From Planctomycetota bacterium (GTDB taxonomy: Bacteria; Planctomycetota; UBA1135; UBA2386), in assembly GCA_965223545.1 (NCBI GenBank), contig OZ245006.1, positions 4,864,001-4,928,000 of the forward strand: a stretch of DNA of 64,000 nt, read 5' to 3'. Every line of letters starts with the position of its first letter. Position 1 is the first letter of the stretch. The notes under the pieces were generated by a model that was not told where the DNA came from, made no database searches, and worked only from the letters and a program-made list of their open reading frames with translations. Shown one piece after another: positions 48,124-58,039 of this stretch. A program made the translations under genes and the position numbers.

Positions 48124-49412
48124 CTGGTGAGGCCGAGTGCGTCGATTGCGTCCGCGGCGGCACCGACCAGGTAGAACGAGCCGGTGACCACCCTCAGGTC
48201 GTGGCTCGCGGTCAGGCTTCGCAGTCCGGCCGCGGCGTCGTCGACGACGTCGCCGCGGACACCGGCCTGCTGCAGCCACGCCGCGATCGCCTTCGGATCC
48301 TCGGAGCGCGTACCGGTCAGCGCCGTTACGAGGACGTTATCGACCACTGGCAAGAGCCACTTCAGCGCTTGCTGCCAGCGCTTGCCGGCGGCACAGGCGA
48401 ACAGCAAGCCGGCCCGGCGATCGGGAAACCGGGCCGCGAGCTCGTCGGCGAGCGCCCGCATCGAGTCCTCGGTGTGCGCACCGTCGAGAATCACCACACC
48501 GCCATCGCGACACGCGACCTGCTCGAACCGACCGGGCAGCGCCGGCCGCGGCGCCGGGTCCAACGGCAGCTCGAGTCCGGGGAACAGGTGCCGCAGGGTG
48601 GCCACGGCGAGGGCGAAGGCCGGCAGCTCGAAGCCGGCGGCGGCGGCGGGGAGGGTGAACGGCGATCGCTGCTCGCCGGTCCAAACCGTGCCGCGCCACC
48701 CGTGGCGCGTGCGTTGGGTGCCGTCGAGGCCGAAATCGCTGCCGGCGACGCGCAGGTCGTTGCCGACGGTCCGCGCGCGCCGCCGCAGCACGTCGAGCGC
48801 GACACCGGTCGCGCTCGTGAAGCCGGTGCTCTCCGGTCGCAGCACGTGGGACTTCTCGCCGGCGATCGCCTCGATGGTGTCCCCCAACAGGTCGGTGTGC
48901 TCGAGCTCGACCGCGGTGACGATCGAGGCGGCGACGTCGACGGCAGTGGTCGAGTCCAGTCGACCGCCGAGGCCGACCTCGAGCAGGCCGATGTCGACGC
49001 CGGCGCGGGCAAAGCAGGTCAGCGCCGCGCGGGTCATCACGTCGAAGAAGGTCGCCGGCTCACCCTGTTCGCGCACGGCGGCGACGATCGGCAGCAGGGC
49101 GTCGCGCAGGCGAGCCTCGTCGACCGGAGCTCCATCCAGCCGGACGCGCTCGAGCAGGCTGCGCACGTGCGGCGACGCGTAGGCGCCGGTGCGCAGGCCG
49201 GCGCCGCGCGCCAACGCCTCGATGTAGCCCGCGGTGGTGCCCTTGCCCTTCGAGCCGCCGATCTGCACCAGGGGCGCCGCTGGCAGCGGCTCGGCCAGCG
49301 CCAGCAGCCGCCGCATGCCGTCGAGCGACCAGCGCGGGCGATCGGGCCGCTGCCGCTCGTAGTTCGTCAGCGGCGCCAGCAGCGCGGTCAATCTCCGGGT
49401 CGGGCCGTCCAT
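48120..49412 (-). CDS. folC: Folylpolyglutamate/dihydrofolate synthase
   Basis: GSKGKGTT, SPH, TFF, EVGLGGRLDST, EHTDLLG, PGRFE, LDGAHT, TGSFYLVG. Confidence 0.92.
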   Translation of the reverse strand: MDGPTRRLTALLAPLTNYERQRPDRPRWSLDGMRRLLALAEPLPAAPLVQIGGSKGKGTTAGYIEALARGAGLRTGAYASPHVRSLLERVRLDGAPVDEARLRDALLPIVAAVREQGEPATFFDVMTRAALTCFARAGVDIGLLEVGLGGRLDSTTAVDVAASIVTAVELEHTDLLGDTIEAIAGEKSHVLRPESTGFTSATGVALDVLRRRARTVGNDLRVAGSDFGLDGTQRTRHGWRGTVWTGEQRSPFTLPAAAAGFELPAFALAVATLRHLFPGLELPLDPAPRPALPGRFEQVACRDGGVVILDGAHTEDSMRALADELAARFPDRRAGLLFACAAGKRWQQALKWLLPVVDNVLVTALTGTRSEDPKAIAAWLQQAGVRGDVVDDAAAGLRSLTASHDLRVVTGSFYLVGAAADAIDALGLTR

Positions 49413-49499
49413 CGGCGGGAGCTCTGCTAAAACTGTGGGCGCGGATCTGCGGCGGCGTTCGTAAGCAGGCGCGGATCGGTCCACCACCCCATTTCCATC

Positions 49500-50507
49500 A
49501 TGTCGAGAATCCCCTCCGCGTTGGTGTTGTCTCTGCTGGTTTCTGCCGCCGCCGCTCAGCGTGGCGGGCGCAGGGGGCCCCCGCCGCCGCCCCTCGAGCA
49601 CGGCACGTTCGAGGTCGCGACCTTCGCCAGCGAGGCGTTGGAGCGTCCGCTCCCCTACGGGGTCTACCTGCCCGCCGAGTACGCCGCCGAGGAGAACGCG
49701 GAGCGCGAGTACCCGCTCGTGGTCTGGCTGCACGGCATGTTCGAGAACCACGAGAGCTTCCACGGGCGCGGCGGCGCCGCGGTGCTCGACGCGATGGTCG
49801 GTGCCGGCGAGTTTCCGCCCGCTGTGTTCGTCACTGCCGAGGGCGACCGCAACTCGTTCTACATGAACGGCGTCGCCTCGGGCGCCTGGGAGGACGCGAT
49901 CACCGTCGACCTCCTCGACCACCTCGAGAAGACCTACCGCGTGGCGAAGGCGCGCGATCGGCGCGCCATCATGGGGGTCAGCATGGGCGGCTACGGCGCC
50001 CTCAAGATCGCCCTGCGGCACCCCAACCTGTTCGGCGTCGTCGCCGCCCACTCGGCGGCGCTGATGCCGCGCGACCCCGGCGACCTCGAAGACCGGTTCC
50101 CGTGGCTGAAGCGGTGGGGCGGTGCCAAGGGGGCGCTGGGCAAGGTGTTCGGCGACCCGATCGATCGCGAGCGCTGGGACCAAGAGAACCTGCTGCTGAT
50201 CGCCGAGCAGCTCGACGGCAAGGAGCTGGGCGGCATGAAGGTCTACCTCGACTGTGGCACCGACGACCGCTACGGCTTCCACGCGCCGAACGTCGAGCTG
50301 CACGAGCTGCTCGACGACGCCGGGGTGGCGCACACCTGGCGCAGCGTCGACGGCGGCGATCACGGCTGGCGCTCCGGCTACAATCGAGACGCGCTCCCAC
50401 ACTCGCTGGCGTTCGTCTCGGCCGCACTCGGTGCGGGTCGCGGAACCGCCGGTCTCAAGGGGCTGCTCGGCGCGCCGGGCGGTGGCGAGGACCGGCGGGA
50501 CGGTTGA
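49500..50507 (+). CDS. Secreted esterase (alpha/beta hydrolase)
   Basis: VYLP..Y, YP.V.WLHG, GVSMGGYGA nucleophile elbow, DCGTDD, GGDHGW. Confidence 0.9.
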   Translation: MSRIPSALVLSLLVSAAAAQRGGRRGPPPPPLEHGTFEVATFASEALERPLPYGVYLPAEYAAEENAEREYPLVVWLHGMFENHESFHGRGGAAVLDAMVGAGEFPPAVFVTAEGDRNSFYMNGVASGAWEDAITVDLLDHLEKTYRVAKARDRRAIMGVSMGGYGALKIALRHPNLFGVVAAHSAALMPRDPGDLEDRFPWLKRWGGAKGALGKVFGDPIDRERWDQENLLLIAEQLDGKELGGMKVYLDCGTDDRYGFHAPNVELHELLDDAGVAHTWRSVDGGDHGWRSGYNRDALPHSLAFVSAALGAGRGTAGLKGLLGAPGGGEDRRDG

Positions 50508-50601
50508 CGAATCGGCGAATCTGGCCGAGAAAAGTCCAGCGATTCGACAGTACCCCTCCCTTCGGCTCCCGATAGGAGGGGTGTCGTCAAAAGGGTTTGC
50601 G

Positions 50602-51033
50602 ATGTTCGCGCTGGAGCATCACGTCAGGGTTTTCGTGTTTCAGGTCCTCGAAGAGCAGATCGAGTACCTGCTGCTACGCCAGAAGCCGGTGGTCGAGTGG
50701 CCCCTGGGTCCGGTGGTCGGCAGCATCGCGCCCGACGAGCACATGCGCGACGCGGTGCTGCGCGAGGTGGCGGAAGAGACCGGCATCCGCCGGCCGACGC
50801 ACGTCATCGACCTGTCTCGGCCCACCAAGGAGCTGTTCGGCGACGTCGGCATGGTCGAGTGGAACTTCGCCTATCAGGCCGGCAGCCCCGGGCGCCCGCC
50901 GGCGCGGGTGACGCCCGGCCCCAAGGTGGGCGACTTCGCGTGGATGCCCTTCGACGAGGCGTTCCAGCGCATCGGCGAGCCGCGCGACCGCGACACCCTG
51001 GTCAAGCTGCAGCTGCACCTGCACCAGGGCTGA
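50602..51033 (+). CDS. NUDIX hydrolase
   Basis: Nudix box GSIAPDEHMRDAVLREVAEETGI. Confidence 0.85.
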   Translation: MFALEHHVRVFVFQVLEEQIEYLLLRQKPVVEWPLGPVVGSIAPDEHMRDAVLREVAEETGIRRPTHVIDLSRPTKELFGDVGMVEWNFAYQAGSPGRPPARVTPGPKVGDFAWMPFDEAFQRIGEPRDRDTLVKLQLHLHQG

Positions 51034-51152
51034 CCGCCGGAACTGTCGGGAAGTTTCCCTGACGCATTCCGCGGGCCGCTCGTATTGGCGGCTTGAACTC
51101 GCTCGTCCGTCACCGAAACTCCCTTCCCCCCAACTTTCGCCGCAGAACTCGG

Positions 51153-51533
51153 ATGTCCCAGAACGACGGCCCCAAAGTCACCGATGATTCCGACGTCAAC
51201 GCCGACGGGCGCCTGCCCAGCTCGGCGATGCGCAGCTACGCCCTGCTGACGCCGGACATCAAGCAGCTCTACATGGGCTTCTACAAGGCGACTTACGGCA
51301 AAACGCAACTCGATATCAAGACCAAGGAGTTCATCGCGATCGCCGCATCCCTGGCGTTCGGGTGCAAGGGGTGCCTCGAAGGCCACCTCAAGAAGGCGAA
51401 GAAGCACGGAGCCACCGCGGAGGAGATCTCCGAGGTCATCGCCATCACCCTGGGCGTCTCCGCGGCCTCGATCGTCGATCGGTCGGACATCGCCAACTTC
51501 CATCTCGGCGGCCTGTTCGACAAGCCCGAGTGA
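51153..51533 (+). CDS. Carboxymuconolactone decarboxylase/AhpD-family protein
   Basis: LD.KTKEFIAIA, CKGCLEGH, GAT.EEI.E. Confidence 0.88.
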   Translation: MSQNDGPKVTDDSDVNADGRLPSSAMRSYALLTPDIKQLYMGFYKATYGKTQLDIKTKEFIAIAASLAFGCKGCLEGHLKKAKKHGATAEEISEVIAITLGVSAASIVDRSDIANFHLGGLFDKPE

Positions 51534-51680
51534 GTCGGGGCGGCCCGGTCCCGCCGCGCGGTCCGGAGCCAAAGCGCGTCGATTGCTTCAGCGGGTTGGC
51601 GAACCGGAGCCGCCAGATCGCCGTTGGCACGATCCACGAGCGGCGGGCAGCGTTGTGGGCCTGCTAGACTCTTGGCGACG

Positions 51681-53039
51681 ATGACGGCGAACGACGACAG
51701 CAGACGAGCTGCCCAGGCGGTGGCCACCGGCGAGTGGCTGCGCATCGCGGTGATGGGCTTCGTGCTCGCGATCGTCGTGTTCGTCGTGTTCTTCTACCGC
51801 CCCTCGGTGTCGACCGTCGGCCAGACTTCGGCGGTGGAGCAGGTCTGGGACGCGACCCCGGTGCCCGAGCTCGACCCAGCGCTCGTCGCCGAAATCGGCG
51901 ACGACAGTCGGGCGCGGCGCCTGCAGCTCGAAGACGCCCCGCTCGAGCATCTGCTGTCCAAGGCGCTGGAAGTGACCCCGTCGGTCGCGCGCAAGCTCGG
52001 CATGCCCGAGCACGCGGTGCCGATCGCGGAGCTGCGCGCGTCGCCGGGCCAGTACCGAGCCCAGTACCTCTGGTACAAGGGAGAGCTGGAGTACCTGTCC
52101 AACGCCAAGCCTCACCCCAAGCGGGGCTTCCAGCGCTACGACGGCCGCCTGCGGCTGGCGAATGACGAGCGCGTCTTGTTCTCGGTGGCGACGCTGCCGC
52201 AGCCCGAGCCGGTGGTCGGCGACTGGGTCCGCATGGAGGGCTTCTTCATGAAGCTGCGCGACACCCATCTGCCCGTCGAGTTGGATCGGGCACCGGTATT
52301 GGTCGGTCCCGAGCTGTACCGCGCCTACGCGGATTGGGACGCGGTGGAGGCGTTGGATGTCGAGGTGCTCGCGCGCGTCGACGACGATCTCGAGCACGGC
52401 TTCGACGTCAGCCGCAGGCTCGACGAATCCCAGGACGAGCCGCTCTGGCACTTGGCGAGCTACGCGATCCACCGCGCCGGCGAGCGTTCCTCCGAGTGGT
52501 GGCAGCGCATCGCTCCGTTCAACACCAAGGACCAGTTCGACGCGATCCGTTCCGGCGAGGTCCCGGCCGGCACGCCGATGCGGATTCTCGGCACTTTCAT
52601 CCAGGCGCGCGTCCAGCCGGCGGAGGTCAACCCGCTCGGCATCGAGTCCTGGACCGAGGCGTGGGTGCAGATCAGGGATCTCGGCGGCAAGACCGTGCCG
52701 GTCTGGTTGCCGCGCCGGCTCGATGCGTCGTGGCGCCGCAACCACTCGGCGGTGGTGCACGGCTACTTCTTCAAGCGCTACTCCTACGAAGCGTTGAGCG
52801 GCGACGTCCGCTGGACGCCGCTGTTCGTCGCCGCCGATCTCGAGCGGTTCGAGCTGCGCGGTGACGCGCTGAGCAACCCGATCACGAAGTCGTTCGCCGC
52901 GCTGGTCGGCGCGGTGGTGCTGATCTTCTTCTTCATGGCGCGCCGGGATCGGCAGCAGCGCGCGCTGCACGAGGCCGAGCTGGCCGGCCGCCGGCGCAAG
53001 CGTCGCGAGCGCGCGGTCGGCGCCGCCGCGGTGCGGTGA
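51681..53039 (+). CDS. Hypothetical membrane protein with N- and C-terminal TM helices
   Basis: Two TM segments flank two similar domains (V..EGFFMK / V.HGYFFK...P..V). Confidence 0.75.
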   Translation: MTANDDSRRAAQAVATGEWLRIAVMGFVLAIVVFVVFFYRPSVSTVGQTSAVEQVWDATPVPELDPALVAEIGDDSRARRLQLEDAPLEHLLSKALEVTPSVARKLGMPEHAVPIAELRASPGQYRAQYLWYKGELEYLSNAKPHPKRGFQRYDGRLRLANDERVLFSVATLPQPEPVVGDWVRMEGFFMKLRDTHLPVELDRAPVLVGPELYRAYADWDAVEALDVEVLARVDDDLEHGFDVSRRLDESQDEPLWHLASYAIHRAGERSSEWWQRIAPFNTKDQFDAIRSGEVPAGTPMRILGTFIQARVQPAEVNPLGIESWTEAWVQIRDLGGKTVPVWLPRRLDASWRRNHSAVVHGYFFKRYSYEALSGDVRWTPLFVAADLERFELRGDALSNPITKSFAALVGAVVLIFFFMARRDRQQRALHEAELAGRRRKRRERAVGAAAVR

Positions 53040-54061
53040 TGCGGCTGCGCTGCGCGCTCGGCGCGCGCCCGCCGACCGAGGTGGAGGTCACCGTCGGCTG
53101 TGCGCGGTTGGATGCGGTCGGCGCGGACCAACCGCGGGTCGTGATCGCGGATGCAGCAGTGGCGCGGCATTGGCCCGCGCTGTTGGATGGCGTGCGCGCG
53201 CCGCTGTTGGTGGAGGGGGGCGAGGGTTGCAAGACTCTTGCCGTCCTCGAACGCGTGCTACGTGAGATGGCGCGCCGCGCGCTGCGGCGCGACGGCTGCG
53301 TGGTGGCGTTCGGCGGTGGTAGCATCGGCGATCTGGCGGGGCTGGCCGCCGCGCTCTACGTCCGGGGCGTCGACCTGGTGCAGGTGCCGACGTCCCTGCT
53401 GGCGATGCTCGACAGCAGCGTGGGCGGCAAGACCGCCATCAACCTGCCGGAGGGCAAGAATCTCGCCGGGGCGTTTTGGCCGGCGCGCGCGGTGCGCATC
53501 GACCCGCGTCTGCTGGCCACGCTGCCCGAGGACGAGCTCCGCTCCGGTCTGGGGGAGGCGCTCAAGATCGCGATCGGCCTCGACGCCGATCTGTTCGCGC
53601 TGCTGGAATCGCGGCGCGACCAGGTGCTGGCGTGCGATCCCGAGACCATGGTCGCGGTGATCGCCGCGGCAGTGCGCGCCAAGATCGCGATCGTCGAGCG
53701 CGACCCCGACGAGCGCGGCGCGCGGCGCCTGCTCAACCTCGGTCACACGCTCGGCCACGCCCTCGAAGCGCATTCTGGCTACAGCGTGCCACACGGCGTT
53801 GCCGTCGCCCGCGGCCTGCACTTCGCGGTGGCGCTCGCCGAGCGCAGGCAGGCGCTGCCGGCGGCGGACGCGGCGCGGTGCCGGGCCCTGCTCGAAGCCT
53901 ACGGCTTCGCGGCCACGCCGCTGCCGCCCTTCGCCGAGCTCACCGAGTTCTTGGCGCGGGACAAGAAGGCCGAGCACGACGGGGTGCGCTTCATCCTGCC
54001 CACCGCCATCGGCGCTTCGCGCTGCGAGCTGCTGCCGCTGACCGCGCTGGCCCCGGCCTGA
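53036..54061 (+). CDS. aroB: 3-dehydroquinate synthase
   Basis: GEGCK, GGGSIGD, PTSLLAMLDSSVGGKT, KN..GAF, LNLGHT.GHA.E, DKK. Confidence 0.93.
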   Translation: MMRLRCALGARPPTEVEVTVGCARLDAVGADQPRVVIADAAVARHWPALLDGVRAPLLVEGGEGCKTLAVLERVLREMARRALRRDGCVVAFGGGSIGDLAGLAAALYVRGVDLVQVPTSLLAMLDSSVGGKTAINLPEGKNLAGAFWPARAVRIDPRLLATLPEDELRSGLGEALKIAIGLDADLFALLESRRDQVLACDPETMVAVIAAAVRAKIAIVERDPDERGARRLLNLGHTLGHALEAHSGYSVPHGVAVARGLHFAVALAERRQALPAADAARCRALLEAYGFAATPLPPFAELTEFLARDKKAEHDGVRFILPTAIGASRCELLPLTALAPA

Positions 54062-54168
54062 GTCGGGCGCGGGCGCCTTTGGCCGGGTCGGGCGGACTCA
54101 ATGTCGGCGCGCCGGCGCGCCGATGCTCTCGATGCGGGTTTGCCTTTGGCCGCTGACGGAGACAAGCG

Positions 54169-55332
54169 ATGGCGCGGATCGATGCCTTTTTTCGACTGAT
54201 GAACGCCCAGGGGGCTTCCGACCTCCACTTGGCCTCCGGCTCACCGCCGTGCCTGCGGATCAGCGGCGACCTCGAGCCCGTGAAGTACAAGGAGCTCGAC
54301 CCCGACGAGCTGATGGACATGCTGGGCGAGATCGCGCCCGAGCACAAGCTCAAGCAGTTCGAGGAGACCGGCGACGTCGACTTCGCCTACGAGCTCAGTG
54401 GCATCGGTCGGTTTCGCGCCAACTTCCTCCGCCATGGCGACGGCGTGGCCGCGGTGTTCCGCCAGATCCCGAGCCGCATCATGACCATCGATCAGCTCGG
54501 CCTGCCGTCGGTGTGCCGGCGGTTCGCGATGATGGCCAAGGGGCTGGTGCTGGTCACCGGGCCGACCGGCAGCGGCAAGTCGACCACGCTGGCGGCGATC
54601 GTCGACTACGCCAACAAACACCGCCGCGACAACATCATCACGATCGAGGACCCGATCGAGTTCAAGCACCGCCGCGTGCACTGCAACGTATTGCACCGCG
54701 AAGTCGGCGTGCACACGGAGAGCTTCCACGCCGCGCTGCGCGGCGCGTTGCGCGAGGACCCCGACATCATTCTGGTCGGTGAGATGCGCGACCTGGAGAC
54801 CATCTCGCTGGCGTTGGAAGCCGCCTCCACTGGCCACTTGGTGTTCGGCACGCTGCACACGCAAAACGCGATGAAGACCGTCGATCGCATCATCGACGTG
54901 TTCCCGACGGCGGCGCAGGAGCAGGTGCGGTCGACTCTGGCGGACACCCTCAAGGGAGTGATCTCGCAGTCCTTGTTCAAGCGCACCGACTGCCGCGGCC
55001 GCGTCAGCGCGCTCGAGATCATGATCGGTACGTCGGCGGTCGCCAACCTGATCCGCGAGGCGAAGACGCACCAGCTGATCAACGTGCTGCAGACCGGCCG
55101 GCGGCTCGGCATGCAGACGCTGGACGACGCCATCGACGACTTGATCCAGCGCGGCATCGTCGACCCGGAGGACGCCTTCGAGCGGTGCGTGCAGAAGGAG
55201 CGCTTCGTGCAGTACCTCAAGGTGGTGCCCGAGGAGTACCGCGAGATGCTCGAGAAGGTGCAGGCGCAGCAGAACCAACAACAGGGGCAGCCGCGGCCGA
55301 CGACGGCGACCGGCGGAGGCCGCCGGCTCTGA
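54169..55332 (+). CDS. pilT: Type IV pilus retraction ATPase
   Basis: ASDLHL, TGPTGSGKSTT, EDPIE, LREDPD, GEMRD, TLHT, AVANLIRE, GMQT. Confidence 0.93.
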   Translation: MARIDAFFRLMNAQGASDLHLASGSPPCLRISGDLEPVKYKELDPDELMDMLGEIAPEHKLKQFEETGDVDFAYELSGIGRFRANFLRHGDGVAAVFRQIPSRIMTIDQLGLPSVCRRFAMMAKGLVLVTGPTGSGKSTTLAAIVDYANKHRRDNIITIEDPIEFKHRRVHCNVLHREVGVHTESFHAALRGALREDPDIILVGEMRDLETISLALEAASTGHLVFGTLHTQNAMKTVDRIIDVFPTAAQEQVRSTLADTLKGVISQSLFKRTDCRGRVSALEIMIGTSAVANLIREAKTHQLINVLQTGRRLGMQTLDDAIDDLIQRGIVDPEDAFERCVQKERFVQYLKVVPEEYREMLEKVQAQQNQQQGQPRPTTATGGGRRL

Positions 55333-55344
55333 CCGGCAGACGTC

Positions 55345-56511
55345 ATGGACGCCGAGAAGCTGGAGACCCTGTTGGTCGGCCTGCTCGTCGATCACCCGGA
55401 TGCATCGGAGATCAACTTCACGCCGGACCGCTTGCCGCACCTCGAAGTGGACGGTGAGCTGATCGAGATGCCGCTCGGCGCGCGCACCGAGCCGCTGACC
55501 GCGACGCACACGCAGCAGATCGCGACCGCGCTGTTGGGCGCCAACTCCGCGCTGCACGAGACGCTGGAGACCACCGGCTCGGCCGACTGCGCGTTGGGCT
55601 TGAGCAACGGCCGGCGCTTTCGCGTCAACGTGTTCCGCGCGCGCGGCAATCTGTCGGTCGTGCTGCGGGCGCTGGCCAGCGAGATCCCGACGCTGGAGAA
55701 GCTCGGCGTGCCGCCGATCCTCGAGAGCATCCCCAACCTGCGCAACGGCCTGGTGTTGGTCACCGGCAGCACGGGCTCGGGCAAGTCGACGACGCTGGCG
55801 GCGATCATCGATCGCATCAACAGCACGCGGGCCGTGCACGTGGTGACCCTGGAGGACCCGATCGAGTTCAGCCACGGGATCAAGAAGGCGGTCATCAACC
55901 AACGCGAGCTGCAGACCGACTTCGCCACGTTCGGCGACGGTCTGCGCGCCGCCCTGCGCCAGGCGCCGAAAGTGATCCTGGTCGGCGAGATGCGCGACCG
56001 GCAGACGGTGGAGATCGCGCTGAAGGCCGCCGAGACCGGGCACCTCGTGCTGAGCACGTTGCATACGATCGACGCGGGCCAGGCCATCAACCGCCTCGCC
56101 GGCATGTTCGAAGTCGAGGAGCGGGTCATGATCCGCACGCGCTTGGCCGAGACCCTGCGCTTCGTCGTCGCCCAGCGGCTGTTGCCGCGGGCCGAAGGAG
56201 GTCGCGTCGCCGCGCTCGAGATCATGGGCTCGAGTCTGCGTGTGCGCGAGCTGATCGTGAACGGCGAGCACGGCGACAAGACCTTCAACGCCGCAATCGC
56301 CGACGCGCGGCCGCGCGGTTGGCAGACCTTCGACCAACACGTGATCGAACACTTGCAGCAGGGCCGGATCACCGAAGAGACGGCGCGCACCTACTGCTCC
56401 GATGCGGCGACGATCGGTCGCGAGATCGACCGGCTCAAGTCCGAGAAGGGCGAGAGCACGTCCGACATCGATGACCTGGAGATGCTGCGACCGCAGCGGA
56501 GGTTCAAGTAA
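55345..56511 (+). CDS. Second PilT/PilU-family ATPase
   Basis: TGSTGSGKSTT, EDPIE, LRQAP, GEMRD, TLHT, G.QTFDQ; lacks the AIRNLIRE-like motif. Confidence 0.9.
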   Translation: MDAEKLETLLVGLLVDHPDASEINFTPDRLPHLEVDGELIEMPLGARTEPLTATHTQQIATALLGANSALHETLETTGSADCALGLSNGRRFRVNVFRARGNLSVVLRALASEIPTLEKLGVPPILESIPNLRNGLVLVTGSTGSGKSTTLAAIIDRINSTRAVHVVTLEDPIEFSHGIKKAVINQRELQTDFATFGDGLRAALRQAPKVILVGEMRDRQTVEIALKAAETGHLVLSTLHTIDAGQAINRLAGMFEVEERVMIRTRLAETLRFVVAQRLLPRAEGGRVAALEIMGSSLRVRELIVNGEHGDKTFNAAIADARPRGWQTFDQHVIEHLQQGRITEETARTYCSDAATIGREIDRLKSEKGESTSDIDDLEMLRPQRRFK

Positions 56512-58037
56512 TGGCCCTCTTTGGCAAGTCGGACCCCCGAGAAGGCGCTCTGCGCAAGCTCAAGCAGTCCCTGTACCGCGGCCGGGACGAGTTGTTGCAG
56601 CTGATCAGCCAGCTCGAGGGCCACGGCGTGTCGCCCAAGGACCTGTCGTGGATGCTGATGCACCGCGAAACCGAGGTGCGCGAGCTGGCGATGCGCTCGG
56701 TGGCGTCGGGTGCGGTGGGCGGCGATGTGTTCAAGGCGCTCTTGGGCGAGCTGTCGCGCCAGCCGGGGAGCTCGCGCCGACAGATCGTCAAGATGCTGAT
56801 CGACACCGAGCCGGCCGAGGCGCTCAAGCGCATCGGTCCCTTGGCGGTGTCGCGCCGGCAGGGAGATCGCGAGATCGCCCTCGAGCTCTTGGAGCAGCAC
56901 CCCGACTGGCTGAGCCAGATGCAGGTCATCAAGGGGCTGCTGGCCGATCCCATCGAGGAGCTGCGCGTGCAGGCTGCCGGGGTCTTGGCGCGCGAGCCCG
57001 CGCACCCGGGCGTCTTCTTGCAGCTCATCGACCTGATGCGTTCGGAAGACAAGGGTGTGCGCCGTTGCGCACTGCGTGCCCTGGCGGAGACCGGCAACGC
57101 CGACATCGTCGAGCCGTTCCTCGACCGCTTGCCGCAGGAGACCGGCGCCGAGCAAGCGATCATCGTGCGCGCACTCGGCAAGTTCGCGCAGGACCCGCGC
57201 TCGAAGATCGAGGAGAAGGTCCTGCCGGCGCTCGCGGACGAGCGCGACGCCGTGCGCAACGCCGCCGTACAGCTGCTCGGCCAGATGCCCGACCGCGCGC
57301 GGGCGATCCGCTCGTTCTTGCTGGAAGCGCCACACCTCGCCTACTGGCTGCGCGAACGCTGTGTCAAGTCGCTGCTGCGCATCAAGGATCAGCTGGTCGA
57401 GCCGCTCCTTACGTTGATGACCGACGAGTCGATGGACGTGCGCGTCGGCGCGCTCACGCTCGCTGCCGACATCGGCGACGAGCGGTTCGTCCAACCGCTG
57501 AGCCGCGTTGTCGCCAGCAGCGAGGACTGGTGGATCCGGGCGCTGGCCGCCGACGTGCTCGCCGCCCACCCGACGCCGGAGGTCGTCCAGTGCTTGGTCG
57601 GCCAGCTGGAGGATCCGGACATGCGCTACAGCATTGTCTCCGCCCTCGGCAAGACCGGCTGCACCGAGGCTCTGCCGCACATCATCCAGGCGCTGCAGGC
57701 GCCGGTGCGCGGGATTCGCTCCTGCGCGGTCGATGCCCTGGCGAAATACCCCGAGGGTCCGGTGATCGAGTGGGTGGCCCACCTCGCGCTCAACGACCCC
57801 GAGGGTTCGGTGCGCGACAAGGCCGAGGCGCTGCTGCGGTCGTTCGGCACCGTCGCGCAGGCCGCGTTACGGCAGGTGGAAGAGGCGGCGCACGCGCGCG
57901 TTCAGGCACACGATGCGTCAGTGGTCACCGACTGTGGCGGCCTGCAGATGGAGAACGATCTCCTCAACGAGTCCGCGGGCCCGATGCGCATCGGCATGGC
58001 CGATGTCGCCGCGGCGCCGCGCCGCGAGTCCGACTGA
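56511..58037 (+). CDS. HEAT-repeat protein
   Basis: Repeated 'L.D....VR..A...LG' units; TAATG overlap with the upstream ATPase gene. Confidence 0.88.
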   Translation: MALFGKSDPREGALRKLKQSLYRGRDELLQLISQLEGHGVSPKDLSWMLMHRETEVRELAMRSVASGAVGGDVFKALLGELSRQPGSSRRQIVKMLIDTEPAEALKRIGPLAVSRRQGDREIALELLEQHPDWLSQMQVIKGLLADPIEELRVQAAGVLAREPAHPGVFLQLIDLMRSEDKGVRRCALRALAETGNADIVEPFLDRLPQETGAEQAIIVRALGKFAQDPRSKIEEKVLPALADERDAVRNAAVQLLGQMPDRARAIRSFLLEAPHLAYWLRERCVKSLLRIKDQLVEPLLTLMTDESMDVRVGALTLAADIGDERFVQPLSRVVASSEDWWIRALAADVLAAHPTPEVVQCLVGQLEDPDMRYSIVSALGKTGCTEALPHIIQALQAPVRGIRSCAVDALAKYPEGPVIEWVAHLALNDPEGSVRDKAEALLRSFGTVAQAALRQVEEAAHARVQAHDASVVTDCGGLQMENDLLNESAGPMRIGMADVAAAPRRESD

Positions 58038-58039
58038 CG

